64,000 bases of DNA, from NCBI RefSeq assembly GCF_013315695.1, contig NZ_CP054353.1; one strand, 5' to 3'. Of the stretch, positions 32,250 to 42,306 are shown in pieces (position 1 is the first letter of the stretch; the number at the start of each line of letters is the position of its first letter). This DNA comes from Escherichia coli. Its GTDB lineage: Bacteria > Pseudomonadota > Gammaproteobacteria > Enterobacterales > Enterobacteriaceae. The notes beneath the pieces are model-generated. The model ran no database searches, had not been told where the DNA came from, and saw only the letters and a list, made by a program, of their open reading frames with translations. A program made the translations under genes and the position numbers.

Positions 32250-33215
32250 TCAATGCAGGGAGTCTATTATATTACACGTTTGGTCCGCGCCGCCGATCAG
32301 TAATGTCTGCGTCCGCACCCCATTCGCCGTCTGTTGGATACCGTTCACCAACTCGCCGCCCGTCACGCCCGTAGCGCTAAAGAGGATATCGTTCCCCCTC
32401 ACCAGTTCATCGAGCGAGTACACACGGTTAACGTCAACGCCCATTGCCTTACAACGCTTGCGCTCCTGCTCTGCAATCTGCCGATTTTCCGTGTAATCCC
32501 CTTTAGCCTGACAAAAGTCAATCAGCTGGGCCTGCATATCCCCGCCTAATGCTTTAACGGCACAGGCAGAAATCACGCCTTCTGGCGCACCGCCGATGGT
32601 GTACATCACATCGTAAGGATTATCCTGCCAGCAGGTCAGCACGCTGGCGGCGACATCGCCATCCGGCAGAGCGAAAACCTTCACGCCCAGCTGTGTTGCT
32701 TCTTCAATCGCGGCACTCAGGCGCGGTTTATCCAGCGTAACCATGCGCAGCTTGTCCAGCGGTTTGCCTAACGCTTTCGCCACGTTGCGCAGGTTGTCCA
32801 CCAGGGGCAAAGACAGATCAATCGCGCCCGCCGCCAGCCGATTAACAACCAGTTTTTTCATATACATATCGGGAGCGTGTAGCAGGCTGCCTCGTGGGGC
32901 GAAGGCCATGACTGCCAGCGCATTGCTCTGTCCCATCGCCACCATCCGCGTACCTTCAATGGGATCAACCGCGATATCGACTTCTGGCCCATCGCCTTTG
33001 CCCACCTCTTCGCCAATCCACAGCATCGGCGCATGGTCAATCTCTCCCTCGCCGATAACCACTCGCCCACGAAAAGCGACGTCGTTTAATGCCTGGCGCA
33101 TCGCGGTGACCGCCAGGCCATCAATTTTATTTTTGTCGCCACATCCGATTTGCGGCCAGGCAGCCAACGCTGCCTGTTCCGTAACGCGAAATAATGGCCA
33201 CGCCAGGGACATCAT
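32250..33215 (-). CDS. yggF: Fructose-1,6-bisphosphatase class II, GlpX paralogue (321 aa)
   Basis: ORF product MMSLAWPLFRVTEQAALAAWPQIGCGDKNKIDGLAVTAMRQAL... Confidence 0.9.
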   Translation of the reverse strand: MMSLAWPLFRVTEQAALAAWPQIGCGDKNKIDGLAVTAMRQALNDVAFRGRVVIGEGEIDHAPMLWIGEEVGKGDGPEVDIAVDPIEGTRMVAMGQSNALAVMAFAPRGSLLHAPDMYMKKLVVNRLAAGAIDLSLPLVDNLRNVAKALGKPLDKLRMVTLDKPRLSAAIEEATQLGVKVFALPDGDVAASVLTCWQDNPYDVMYTIGGAPEGVISACAVKALGGDMQAQLIDFCQAKGDYTENRQIAEQERKRCKAMGVDVNRVYSLDELVRGNDILFSATGVTGGELVNGIQQTANGVRTQTLLIGGADQTCNIIDSLH

Positions 33216-34489
33216 TGCGCGGCCTCCCCGATATCAACGCCAAATTGCGCCAGCAGATATTTCTCGGCCTGCTCATTCCAGATGCCGTGCGTTTCCTCAA
33301 CCAGCCGCGCCAACTCTTTAAACAGCGGATCGGTTTTGCCTTTTTCGGCAAAATCGGCAATGGCAGTGAGCGGCATGGTCACGCCGTTATAAATGAGTTT
33401 TTTACCGCCTGGGATATCCGGCAGATTGAGCACGGTTTCTGGCACCGCATCAAGGCCACCAATATGGGTCACCATAAACGACGGCTGTAACTGTCCCGTG
33501 GCGCTAAGGGTAATCGCCTCTTTCATGTCGTCCGTTGAACCGCCGGATGTACCGACGACGTGCGTGCTGTTGTAATGGACGTTGTAGAAATTAAACGGCA
33601 CTTTGAAGTTTTTATCCGTCGGCCCGGCAAAGAAGTTCAGGCAGCCATCTTCCGCCAGTAATTCGTCAGCCATCTCAACGACAGCAGGCATCGCCGCATA
33701 AACAAAAATGTCATCGAACCCGGCATCTCCTGTCAGCGCCCGCAGCATCTGTACCGGATCGCTCATCCCTTTGGTATTCACATACACCAGCTCAATGCCT
33801 TTACTGGCCGCCAGTTCCACCGGCAGCAGCTTCTCTACCTGCGCCAGGCGTTTGTCGTCGATATCGACCACCACCACCCGCGACGGTTGTATGCCGCCGT
33901 TAATGGCGTAATCGATAGCGCCAATGCCCATTGGGCCAGCACACGCCAGCAGTGCAATATTGCCGCCAGGTTTGACGCCCATGCGATGCTCATAAACATA
34001 TTGCGTGGTGTGATAATTGGCATGATAAGCGCCAATAATGCAGCACATAGGCTCTGCCAGCGACGCCGCAGCAAAATAAGAGCCGTGATAGGGTAATACG
34101 CAGCTCAGGTTAATGGCGATCTCGGGAATAATCATATAGGTGGCGTTACCGCCAAAATATTCGTAGCTGTATCCCGCAGAATACCCGCTTGGTAGCCCCA
34201 TCGCCGGTTGCAATACAAAACGTTGGCCTTTTTTATATTTGTCGGTGAGATTTTTCCCCACTTCAACAATAATCCCGGCACATTCATGCCCGGTAATGAC
34301 CGGATGATTTTCTAAATCGTCGGGCACCCGTTTATGTTCGCTACCGAGTAACGCCGCTTTCCAGGTCGATAAACACACACTGTCAGAAATTACACTCACC
34401 AGCAGTTCATTATCGGTAATTTCTGGCAGTTCAAATTCGCGCAGACGGACATCCCGCTTGCCATAAATAGCAGCAACTTTGGTTTTCAT
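33212..34489 (-). CDS. yggP: Zn-dependent polyol/sugar-phosphate dehydrogenase YggP (425 aa)
   Basis: MDR-family product MKTKVAAIYGKRDVRLREFELPEITDNELLVSVISDSVCLSTWK... Confidence 0.9.
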   Translation of the reverse strand: MKTKVAAIYGKRDVRLREFELPEITDNELLVSVISDSVCLSTWKAALLGSEHKRVPDDLENHPVITGHECAGIIVEVGKNLTDKYKKGQRFVLQPAMGLPSGYSAGYSYEYFGGNATYMIIPEIAINLSCVLPYHGSYFAAASLAEPMCCIIGAYHANYHTTQYVYEHRMGVKPGGNIALLACAGPMGIGAIDYAINGGIQPSRVVVVDIDDKRLAQVEKLLPVELAASKGIELVYVNTKGMSDPVQMLRALTGDAGFDDIFVYAAMPAVVEMADELLAEDGCLNFFAGPTDKNFKVPFNFYNVHYNSTHVVGTSGGSTDDMKEAITLSATGQLQPSFMVTHIGGLDAVPETVLNLPDIPGGKKLIYNGVTMPLTAIADFAEKGKTDPLFKELARLVEETHGIWNEQAEKYLLAQFGVDIGEAAQ

Positions 34490-34503
34490 TTTTACCTCTG
34501 TAA

Positions 34504-35892
34504 TCAGTGTTTATGTTCGGCGGTTAATTGATTAAATAAAGTGTCGAGTTTTGGATCGCCAATATAGTTATTAATCAATATCAGTGATTTATCCGTCACA
34601 CGTTTCACGCGCCCTTCCAGACTGGCATGAGTAACGACGATATCCGCATCCGCAGGCACGTTTTCTATCGCGTAATGTTTTACTTCAATTGGCAGCCCCG
34701 CTTTTTCCAGACGTTTACGGAAGGTGGTTGCGCCCATCGCGCTGGAGCCCATCCCCGCATCGCAAACAAAGGCGATACGCTTAACCCGGCTTAACGAGAA
34801 TGCACCCTCTTGTTTCATCGCCTTAACCGCATTGGCTGACTGAGCAAACTCATCTTCGTTCTCCGTTTCCACCGTTTTTTCCATCTTCAGTATCAGCGAA
34901 GTGATAGCAAAGGACACCAGGGTACCTACCGTAACACCAGCAATTGTCGCCAGGAATGAGCCTTTCGGCGTCAGCGCCAGGTAAGCAAAGATAGACCCCG
35001 GACTTGGGCCAGCCACCAGACCACCGTCCAGTAAGTTAAACATCCAGGTGCCAGACATACCGCCCGCAATCATGGCAATAATGGTCAGCGGCTTCATCAG
35101 CACATATGGGAAATACAGTTCGTGGATCCCACCGAGGAAGTGAATAATCATCGCACCAGGTGCAGAGCGCTTACTCATCCCTTTACCAAACAGAGTGAAT
35201 GCCAGCAACAGTCCTAAGCCAGGCCCTGGATTGGATGCCACCATAAAGAAGATGGATTTGCCGTTAACTGATGCCTGTTGCATTCCCAGCGGATAATAGA
35301 CGCCCTGATCGATCGCATTATTAAGGAAAAGCACTTTCGCCGGTTCATTGATGACTGACAGCAGAGGCAGATAACCCGCATGTACCAGCGCCTCAATACA
35401 CTCTTTGACGAAAGTATTGGCAATTAACACCGCCGGGCCGATCACTTCAAAACCCAGCAGACAAAGGAGCATCCCCGCGATACCTAATGAGAAGTTATTG
35501 ATAACCATCTCAAAACCGGCAGGTATGCGTTTTTCCAGTGCCTTATCGACATATTTTATGACCAGCCCACCTAACGGTCCCATAATCATTGAACCAAGGA
35601 ACATCGGGATTTCTGCGCCGACGATTACACCAATTGACCCTATTCCGCCCATGACTGCGCCGCGTTTACCGCCGACTAAATGGCCACCGGTAGAACCAAT
35701 CATCACGGGCAATAAATAGGTAATCATCGGGCCGACAATTTTGGCGAAATGTTCGTTAGGCAGCCAACCGGTGGGAATAAATAACGCTGTAATAAAACCC
35801 CAGGCAATAAAAGCACCAATATTGGGGATGACCATTGCAGTCAAAAAGCCCCCAAAAGCCTGGACCTTTGCACGAGCAGACTTGTTTTCCAT
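34504..35892 (-). CDS. cmtA: PTS mannitol-family EIICB component (462 aa)
   Basis: ORF product MENKSARAKVQAFGGFLTAMVIPNIGAFIAWGFITALFIPTGW... Confidence 0.95.
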   Translation of the reverse strand: MENKSARAKVQAFGGFLTAMVIPNIGAFIAWGFITALFIPTGWLPNEHFAKIVGPMITYLLPVMIGSTGGHLVGGKRGAVMGGIGSIGVIVGAEIPMFLGSMIMGPLGGLVIKYVDKALEKRIPAGFEMVINNFSLGIAGMLLCLLGFEVIGPAVLIANTFVKECIEALVHAGYLPLLSVINEPAKVLFLNNAIDQGVYYPLGMQQASVNGKSIFFMVASNPGPGLGLLLAFTLFGKGMSKRSAPGAMIIHFLGGIHELYFPYVLMKPLTIIAMIAGGMSGTWMFNLLDGGLVAGPSPGSIFAYLALTPKGSFLATIAGVTVGTLVSFAITSLILKMEKTVETENEDEFAQSANAVKAMKQEGAFSLSRVKRIAFVCDAGMGSSAMGATTFRKRLEKAGLPIEVKHYAIENVPADADIVVTHASLEGRVKRVTDKSLILINNYIGDPKLDTLFNQLTAEHKH

Positions 35893-36243
35893 AATATTAT
35901 CCTGTAGAGGAGAGAGTAATTATCCGCGGCTGATAATGTCCGCTAATTGTTTTTCTGATGATGCTGTTAAGAGTTGTTCGAGTATTTCTTCTTCGCACAG
36001 TAATTCACTTAACGCCTGAATAGCGCCAATGTGCGAATCGGCATCGGCAGCAGAGAGTCCGATGAGTAATTTAATTGGTTCGTCATTCCCCTGAAAATAA
36101 ACACCTTGTTCAAGTAATGTCAAAGACATCCCGGTTTTAAGCGCCCCACATTCCGGTCGCGCATGAGGCATTGCCACGCCTGGTGCGAGAATATAATAAG
36201 GGCCATTGTTAATGGTGGAATCTTTAATTGCCTGAATGTAATT

Positions 36244-36252
36244 CTCGCTGAT
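36244..36252. repeat. 9-bp target-site duplication (ctcgctgat), left flank of IS1 copy 2
   Basis: Identical 9-mer at 37021-37029. Confidence 0.9.
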
Positions 36253-36307
36253 GGTGATGCTGCCAACTTACTGATTTAGTGTATGATGGTGTTTTTGAGG
36301 TGCTCCA

Positions 36308-36583
36308 GTGGCTTCTGTTTCTATCAGCTGTCCCTCCTGTTCAGCTACTGACGGGGTGGTGCGTAACGGCAAAAGCACCGCCGGACATCAGCGCTATCTC
36401 TGCTCTCACTGCCGTAAAACATGGCAACTGCAGTTCACTTACACCGCTTCTCAACCCGGTACGCACCAGAAAATCATTGATATGGCCATGAATGGCGTTG
36501 GATGCCGGGCAACAGCCCGCATTATGGGCGTTGGCCTCAACACGATTTTACGTCACTTAAAAAACTCAGGCCGCAGTCGGTAA
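36308..36583 (+). CDS. insA: IS1 InsA (91 aa)
   Basis: Translation identical to the 22017-22292 product. Confidence 0.95.
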
Positions 36584-37005
36584 CCTCGCGCATACAGCCG
36601 GGCAGTGACGTCATCGTCTGCGCGGAAATGGACGAACAGTGGGGCTATGTCGGGGCTAAATCGCGCCAGCGCTGGCTGTTTTACGCGTATGACAGGCTCC
36701 GGAAGACGGTTGTTGCGCACGTATTCGGTGAACGCACTATGGCGACGCTGGGGCGTCTTATGAGCCTGCTGTCACCCTTTGACGTGGTGATATGGATGAC
36801 GGATGGCTGGCCGCTGTATGAATCCCGCCTGAAGGGAAAGCTGCACGTAATCAGCAAGCGATATACGCAGCGAATTGAGCGGCATAACCTGAATCTGAGG
36901 CAGCACCTGGCACGGCTGGGACGGAAGTCGCTGTCGTTCTCAAAATCGGTGGAGCTGCATGACAAAGTCATCGGGCATTATCTGAACATAAAACACTATC
37001 AATAA
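36502..37005 (+). CDS. insB: IS1 InsB reading frame (167 aa)
   Basis: Translation identical to the 22211-22714 product. Confidence 0.9.
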
Positions 37006-37020
37006 GTTGGAGTCATTACC

Positions 37021-37029
37021 CTCGCTGAT
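37021..37029. repeat. 9-bp target-site duplication (ctcgctgat), right flank of IS1 copy 2
   Basis: Matches 36244-36252. Confidence 0.9.
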
Positions 37030-37140
37030 ATAGTTTTTATCCAGCAATGATACCATCGAGAAATCGATAGCTTCCTGCCAATCTTTTGCTGAATGTATAA
37101 CTGAGATTGATGATTTTGGAAAATAATCACTAAGCCGCAT

Positions 37141-37517
37141 AAATTATCCTTATTTTATTTTTAGGGTACAGTCCGGCGGTAAAAATAAAATACTCGTGCG
37201 GTTTAATGAAAGCAATTGGGTACGCGAGAAGAAAAACCCCATGAACAAAAATAATAAAACCTTAAATAACAACAACATGAAATTGATATTTTTAAAGTCA
37301 ACTTTGTATTTGTTACGTTTATCACAAAATCAACATTTTGATTGTTGTTGTATTTGTGATGCATATCGCCATTTATTTATTGAATGTCCGAAAACATACT
37401 TTTTTAAAGCAATGTTTTTTCGCTATACCCCTTTATAGATTCTGAATTCTCACCTGTCGGCTGTTTTCTCCTCATCTCATGTGACATATTCCCACACTTT
37501 ACTCAAGGAAGATTGTC
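37141..37517. other. Strongly AT-rich non-coding leader upstream of the SPFH gene
   Basis: Visibly A/T-dominated sequence with runs such as aaaaataaaatac and ataataaaaccttaaataacaacaac; contrasts with flanking core DNA. Confidence 0.6.
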
Positions 37518-38426
37518 ATGAAAGCACCTGTTTCATTAACCTCATTTCGCCCACAAAAATCTCTTGCTATCGCCATTGGCGTGCTTGCCGTGGTTGTGCT
37601 GCCATTTCTCTCGTATTACACCGTTAATGAAGGTGAACGCGGCATTTTGCTGCGCTACGGAAAAATCGTAAAAGTTGCCGAGCCGGGTCTGGGTTTTAAG
37701 ATCCCGTTTATGGAAAGCGTGGAGAAAATTTCCACGCGTAATCAGGCTGTGGTCTATCAGGGATTACAGGCCTACAGCCGCGACCAGCAACCGGCACAAA
37801 TGACAGTATCAGTCAGCTTCCACATTAAACCTTCAGAAGCAGGCGCGGTTTATACCACCTACAACACCATTGAAGCATTAAAAGATCGTCTGATTGTCCG
37901 TCAGTTGCCAACTCAACTGGAGAACGTTTTCGGCCAATATACCGCCATCAGCGCTGTACAGGATCGTACAAAACTGGTTCAGGATCTGCAAAATGCCATG
38001 CGCAAAGCCGTTGTTGGGCCAGTGGTAATTGACGGGGTCCAGATTGAAAATATTGATTTTTCTGACGCTTATGAAAAGTCGATTGAAGACCGAATGAAAG
38101 CAGAAGTCGCCATTGCCACGCGTAAGCAAAATCTGGAAACAGAGAAAATCCAGGCGCAAATAGCGGTAACTCAGGCCCAGGCAGAAGCAGACAGTAAACT
38201 GGCGGCAGCTAAAGCAGAAGCGGAAACTATTCGCGTAAGAGGCGCGGCAGAGGCTGAAACTATTCGTTTAAAAAGTGCGGCTGAAGCAGAAGCGATCCGC
38301 CTGCGCGGTGAAGCTCTGCGGGATAATCCCGGACTTGTAGCCCTCACCACTGCCGAACGTTGGGACGGTAAACTGCCCGATACCATGATCCCCGGCAGCA
38401 CAGTTCCGTTTATCTCTACTAAGTAA
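37518..38426 (+). CDS. SPFH/band-7 (HflC-like) membrane protein with C-terminal Ala/Glu-rich repeat region (302 aa)
   Basis: N-terminal TM helix then YTVNEGERGILLRYGKIVKVAEPGLGFKIPFMESVEKISTRNQ, paralleling the HflC N-terminal SPFH signature. Confidence 0.8.
   Translation: MKAPVSLTSFRPQKSLAIAIGVLAVVVLPFLSYYTVNEGERGILLRYGKIVKVAEPGLGFKIPFMESVEKISTRNQAVVYQGLQAYSRDQQPAQMTVSVSFHIKPSEAGAVYTTYNTIEALKDRLIVRQLPTQLENVFGQYTAISAVQDRTKLVQDLQNAMRKAVVGPVVIDGVQIENIDFSDAYEKSIEDRMKAEVAIATRKQNLETEKIQAQIAVTQAQAEADSKLAAAKAEAETIRVRGAAEAETIRLKSAAEAEAIRLRGEALRDNPGLVALTTAERWDGKLPDTMIPGSTVPFISTK
38214..38312 (+). repeat. Three imperfect tandem 33-nt repeats inside the SPFH gene
   Basis: Units encode AEAETIRVRGA / AEAETIRLKSA / AEAEAIRLRGE. 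Confidence 0.7.
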
Positions 38427-38451
38427 AAAAAGGGCCGCTTTCGCGGCCCTT
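38424..38451 (-). terminator. Intrinsic terminator of tktA (hairpin shared with the 3-prime end of the SPFH gene)
   Basis: Hairpin agggccgctttcgcggccct with A7 on plus strand (U7 after hairpin on tktA transcript). Confidence 0.6.
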
Positions 38452-38471
38452 CTCACAAAGCATCTTACCGA

Positions 38472-40463
38472 TTACAGCAGTTCTTTTGCTTTCGCAACAA
38501 CGTTGTCAACGGTGAAGCCGAACTCTTCAAACAGCAGCTCTGCCGGAGCAGATTCACCGAAGGTGGTCATGCCGACGATAGCACCGTTCAGGCCAACATA
38601 CTTGTACCAGTAGTCAGCAATACCCGCTTCTACCGCAACGCGTGCAGTAACCGCTTTCGGCAGGACGGATTCACGGTAAGCCGCATCCTGCTTGTCGAAT
38701 GCATCGGTAGACGGCATGGAAACCACGCGCGCCTTCACGCCTTCGGCAGTCAGTTTTTCGTAGGCAGCAACCGCCAGTTCAACTTCCGAACCGGTCGCGA
38801 TGAAGATCAGTTCCGGCTGACCGGCACAGTCTTTCAGCACATAACCACCGCGCGCGATGTTTGCCAGCTGCTCTTCAGTACGCTCCTGCTGCGCCAGGTT
38901 CTGACGGGAGAGGATAAGCGCAGTCGGGCCGTCCTGACGCTCAACACCGTATTTCCATGCCACTGCAGATTCAACCTGGTCACATGGACGCCATGTAGAC
39001 ATGTTCGGGGTCACGCGCAGAGAAGCAACCTGCTCTACCGGCTGGTGAGTCGGGCCATCTTCGCCCAGACCGATGGAGTCATGGGTGTAAACCATAACCT
39101 GACGCTGTTTCATCAGCGCAGCCATACGTACGGCGTTACGTGCGTATTCCACGAACATCAGGAAGGTGGAGGTGTACGGCAGGAAACCACCGTGCAAGGA
39201 GATACCGTTAGCAATCGCGGTCATACCGAACTCGCGAACACCGTAGTGGATGTAGTTACCCGCAGCATCTTCGTTGATTGCTTTAGAACCAGACCACAGG
39301 GTCAGGTTAGACGGTGCCAGGTCAGCAGAGCCGCCGAGGAATTCCGGCAACAGCGGGCCGAACGCTTCAATCGCATTCTGAGACGCTTTACGGCTGGCGA
39401 TTTTCGCCGGGTTAGCCTGCAGTTTAGCGATGAACTCTTTCGCTTTGGCGTCGAAGTCAGACGGCATTTCGCCTTTCATACGGCGGGTAAATTCAGCGGC
39501 TTCCTGCGGATAAGCTTTCGCGTAAGCAGCGAATTTCTCGTTCCATGCGGATTCTTTCGCCTGGCCTGCTTCTTTCGCATCCCACTGAGCATAGATTTCA
39601 GACGGGATTTCGAACGGTGCATATTTCCAGCCCAGCTGTTCGCGGGTCAGGGCAATTTCAGCGTCGCCCAGCGGCGCACCGTGGGAGTCGTGCGTACCGG
39701 CTTTGTTCGGGGAACCGAAACCGATGATGGTTTTGCACATCAGCAGGGACGGTTTGTCGGTCACTGCGCGCGCTTCTTCTACTGCGCGTTTGATGGATGC
39801 TGCGTCATGACCGTCGATGCCGCGAATAACGTGCCAGCCGTAAGCTTCGAAACGCATTGCGGTGTCGTCGGTGAACCAGCCTTCAACGTGACCATCGATA
39901 GAGATACCGTTGTCATCGTAGAACGCAATCAGTTTACCCAGCTTCAGCGTACCCGCCAGAGAACAAACTTCGTGGGAGATGCCTTCCATCATGCAGCCGT
40001 CGCCCATGAAGGCGTAGGTGTAGTGGTCGACGATGTCGTGGCCCGGACGGTTAAACTGCGCCGCCAGCGTTTTTTCTGCAATCGCCATACCGACTGCGTT
40101 GGCAATACCCTGACCCAGCGGACCTGTAGTGGTTTCCACGCCAGCGGTGTAACCCACTTCCGGGTGGCCCGGAGTTTTAGAGTGCAGCTGACGGAAGTTT
40201 TTCAGTTCTTCCATCGGCAGATCGTAACCGGTGAGGTGCAGCAGGCTGTAGATCAGCATGGAGCCGTGGCCGTTGGACAGCACGAAGCGGTCACGGTCAG
40301 CCCAGGACGGATTCTGCGGGTTGTGTTTCAGGAAATCACGCCACAGGACTTCGGCAATGTCAGCCATACCCATAGGGGCACCCGGGTGACCGGATTTGGC
40401 TTTCTGTACTGCGTCCATGCTCAGCGCACGAATAGCATTGGCAAGCTCTTTACGTGAGGACAT
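38472..40463 (-). CDS. tktA: Transketolase 1 (663 aa)
   Basis: Internal start [41 protein letters not shown]... Confidence 0.97.
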   Translation of the reverse strand: MSSRKELANAIRALSMDAVQKAKSGHPGAPMGMADIAEVLWRDFLKHNPQNPSWADRDRFVLSNGHGSMLIYSLLHLTGYDLPMEELKNFRQLHSKTPGHPEVGYTAGVETTTGPLGQGIANAVGMAIAEKTLAAQFNRPGHDIVDHYTYAFMGDGCMMEGISHEVCSLAGTLKLGKLIAFYDDNGISIDGHVEGWFTDDTAMRFEAYGWHVIRGIDGHDAASIKRAVEEARAVTDKPSLLMCKTIIGFGSPNKAGTHDSHGAPLGDAEIALTREQLGWKYAPFEIPSEIYAQWDAKEAGQAKESAWNEKFAAYAKAYPQEAAEFTRRMKGEMPSDFDAKAKEFIAKLQANPAKIASRKASQNAIEAFGPLLPEFLGGSADLAPSNLTLWSGSKAINEDAAGNYIHYGVREFGMTAIANGISLHGGFLPYTSTFLMFVEYARNAVRMAALMKQRQVMVYTHDSIGLGEDGPTHQPVEQVASLRVTPNMSTWRPCDQVESAVAWKYGVERQDGPTALILSRQNLAQQERTEEQLANIARGGYVLKDCAGQPELIFIATGSEVELAVAAYEKLTAEGVKARVVSMPSTDAFDKQDAAYRESVLPKAVTARVAVEAGIADYWYKYVGLNGAIVGMTTFGESAPAELLFEEFGFTVDNVVAKAKELL

Positions 40464-40739
40464 TTTGACTCCAGATCGGATGATGAAGGGCACGCCCTTA
40501 ACGACTTGACGACAGCGCGTTTTGGGCTACGCCGGAAAATTTGCCAACAATTTACCGCAAGCCGCGCGTCATGTACATGGAACATCCTTTTGCCGCTTCA
40601 GAAATCTCTGGATCATGCTCGCATGTTGCGCAATCTGCTCGCCCGTCCGCTGCGCTTTTCCTTATACTGAGACTGAGCGTCGATTCACCTGCAAACGGCG
40701 CATTTTAGAATAATCCTGACCTTGTGCGGAAGAGAAAAC

Positions 40740-41498
40740 ATGAAAATTCGCGCCTTATTGGTAGCAATGAGCGTGGCAACGGTACTGACCGGTTGCCAGA
40801 ATATGGACTCCAACGGACTGCTCTCATCAGGAGCGGAAGCTTTTCAGGCTTACAGTTTGAGTGATGCGCAGGTGAAAACCCTGAGCGATCAGGCATGTCA
40901 GGAGATGGACAGCAAGGCGACGATTGCGCCAACCAATAGCGAATACGCTAAACGTCTGACAACTATTGCCAATGCGCTAGGCAACAATATCAACGGTCAG
41001 CCGGTGAATTACAAAGTGTATATGGCGAAGGATGTGAACGCCTTTGCAATGGCTAACGGCTGTATCCGCGTCTATAGCGGGCTGATGGATATGATGACAG
41101 ATAACGAAGTCGAAGCGGTGATCGGTCACGAGATGGGGCACGTAGCGTTAGGCCATGTGAAGAAAGGGATGCAGGTGGCACTTGGTACAAATGCCGTACG
41201 AGTAGCTGCGGCCTCTGCGGGCGGGATTGTCGGCAGTTTATCTCAATCACAACTCGGTGATCTGGGCGAGAAATTAGTTAATTCGCAATTCTCCCAGCGC
41301 CAGGAAGCAGAAGCCGATGATTATTCTTACGATCTTCTGCGCCAACGCGGCATCAGCCCGGCAGGTCTTGCCACCAGCTTTGAAAAACTGGCAAAACTGG
41401 AAGGAGGCCGTCAAAGCTCAATGTTTGACGACCATCCAGCATCCGCCGAACGCGCCCAGCATATTCGCGATCGTATGAGCGCGGATGGGATAAAGTAA
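40740..41498 (+). CDS. loiP: Outer-membrane metalloprotease lipoprotein LoiP/YggG (252 aa)
   Basis: Start MKIRALLVAMSVATVLTGCQNMD...; HEMGH zinc motif. Confidence 0.95.
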   Translation: MKIRALLVAMSVATVLTGCQNMDSNGLLSSGAEAFQAYSLSDAQVKTLSDQACQEMDSKATIAPTNSEYAKRLTTIANALGNNINGQPVNYKVYMAKDVNAFAMANGCIRVYSGLMDMMTDNEVEAVIGHEMGHVALGHVKKGMQVALGTNAVRVAAASAGGIVGSLSQSQLGDLGEKLVNSQFSQRQEAEADDYSYDLLRQRGISPAGLATSFEKLAKLEGGRQSSMFDDHPASAERAQHIRDRMSADGIK

Positions 41499-41507
41499 GT
41501 CAGACAT

Positions 41508-41536
41508 ACCGATCTACAACATAATTGTAGGTCGGT
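41508..41536. terminator. Hairpin between convergent loiP and the aldolase gene (possible bidirectional terminator, no clear U-tract)
   Basis: Inverted repeat accgatctacaa cataa ttgtaggtcggt. Confidence 0.3.
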
Positions 41537-41553
41537 AACGCCTGAATCCCCGA

Positions 41554-42306
41554 TCAGAGTAGTGATTTCACTTTATTTAGCAAAACGGCTACATCATCCG
41601 GTCGGGTATATCCCGTATCAGGGTCTATAATCGAGCTGTAAACATGTGGCATAATGCGCGGCACCCCCGCCTCCAGACAAGTTTTCAGAATCACACTGAA
41701 GTTATCCAAATCAATCCCGCCAGTCGGCTCAATCAGCGTCATACCATTGCGCGCCGCCGTGGTCGCCAGCGCGTATAGCTCCGGAAGCGACCTCTCGCCG
41801 CCCATCGGAAAGAACTTCGCCGCGTGTGCGCCCATATCTAGCATCATTCGCACCGCCGTATCGCAGGAGACGCGGGCTGGCGTACCCTGGCTGCTGCTAA
41901 CGCCGGTGGAAATCAGCACTTCGCCCGGCGTCCCCGTCGGGCTAACCAGCGCGTTGACATGGGTCTGCTCACCGCCCGTAGCCGCAAGCGCGCCTGCCGC
42001 GAACCCACAACCGGTAAAGGTCTGGTTAACGTGTGCTGGATGAATCTGCGCCGCAATCATCGCAGCTTTGTAATACTGCGCCGGGTCACCCGCCCCCAGA
42101 CCTACTGAAATGGACGGTATTTCCGCCATCCAACGTTTAACTTCCTGGATCCCCTCATCCACCGAGGAGAACTGCGCGGAAAGCACGCCAATCACTGCGT
42201 GGCCTTCGGCGGCGTCAAAGATTTCACGGGCATTGGCGATATCTTTCGCCAGCACATTAATTGCCACACGATTACGATAGAAATTAATCTTTTGCATGAT
42301 CTGCAA
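41554..42306 (-). CDS. KDPG-aldolase-family protein, DgaF-like (250 aa)
   Basis: Eda-like active-site context GAHAAKFFPMGG; last gene of the PTS operon. Confidence 0.75.
   Translation of the reverse strand: MQIMQKINFYRNRVAINVLAKDIANAREIFDAAEGHAVIGVLSAQFSSVDEGIQEVKRWMAEIPSISVGLGAGDPAQYYKAAMIAAQIHPAHVNQTFTGCGFAAGALAATGGEQTHVNALVSPTGTPGEVLISTGVSSSQGTPARVSCDTAVRMMLDMGAHAAKFFPMGGERSLPELYALATTAARNGMTLIEPTGGIDLDNFSVILKTCLEAGVPRIMPHVYSSIIDPDTGYTRPDDVAVLLNKVKSLL

Larger units (their letters stand above)
36253..37020 (+). mobile_element. IS1 insertion sequence (768 bp), copy 2, same orientation as copy 1
   Basis: Same terminal sequences; InsA/InsB translations identical to copy 1. Confidence 0.97.
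35920..37140 (-). pseudogene. cmtB: PTS mannitol-family EIIA cmtB interrupted by IS1 (C-terminal part 35920-36252, N-terminal part 37021-37140)
   Basis: N-terminal frame MRLSDYFPKSSISVIHSAKDWQEAIDFSMVSLLDKNYISE runs into IS1; C-terminal frame resumes ISENYIQAIKDSTINNGPYYILAPGVAMPHARPE... Confidence 0.9.

Noticed and set aside
37196-37438. 80-aa ORF in the AT-rich leader upstream of the SPFH gene
   Set aside because: Asn/Lys-rich low-complexity translation from AT-rich DNA, no RBS; likely spurious
39045-40457. 470-aa ORF on the plus strand
   Set aside because: Lies entirely antisense within tktA; Arg/Val-rich low-complexity translation typical of a shadow frame in GC-rich coding DNA
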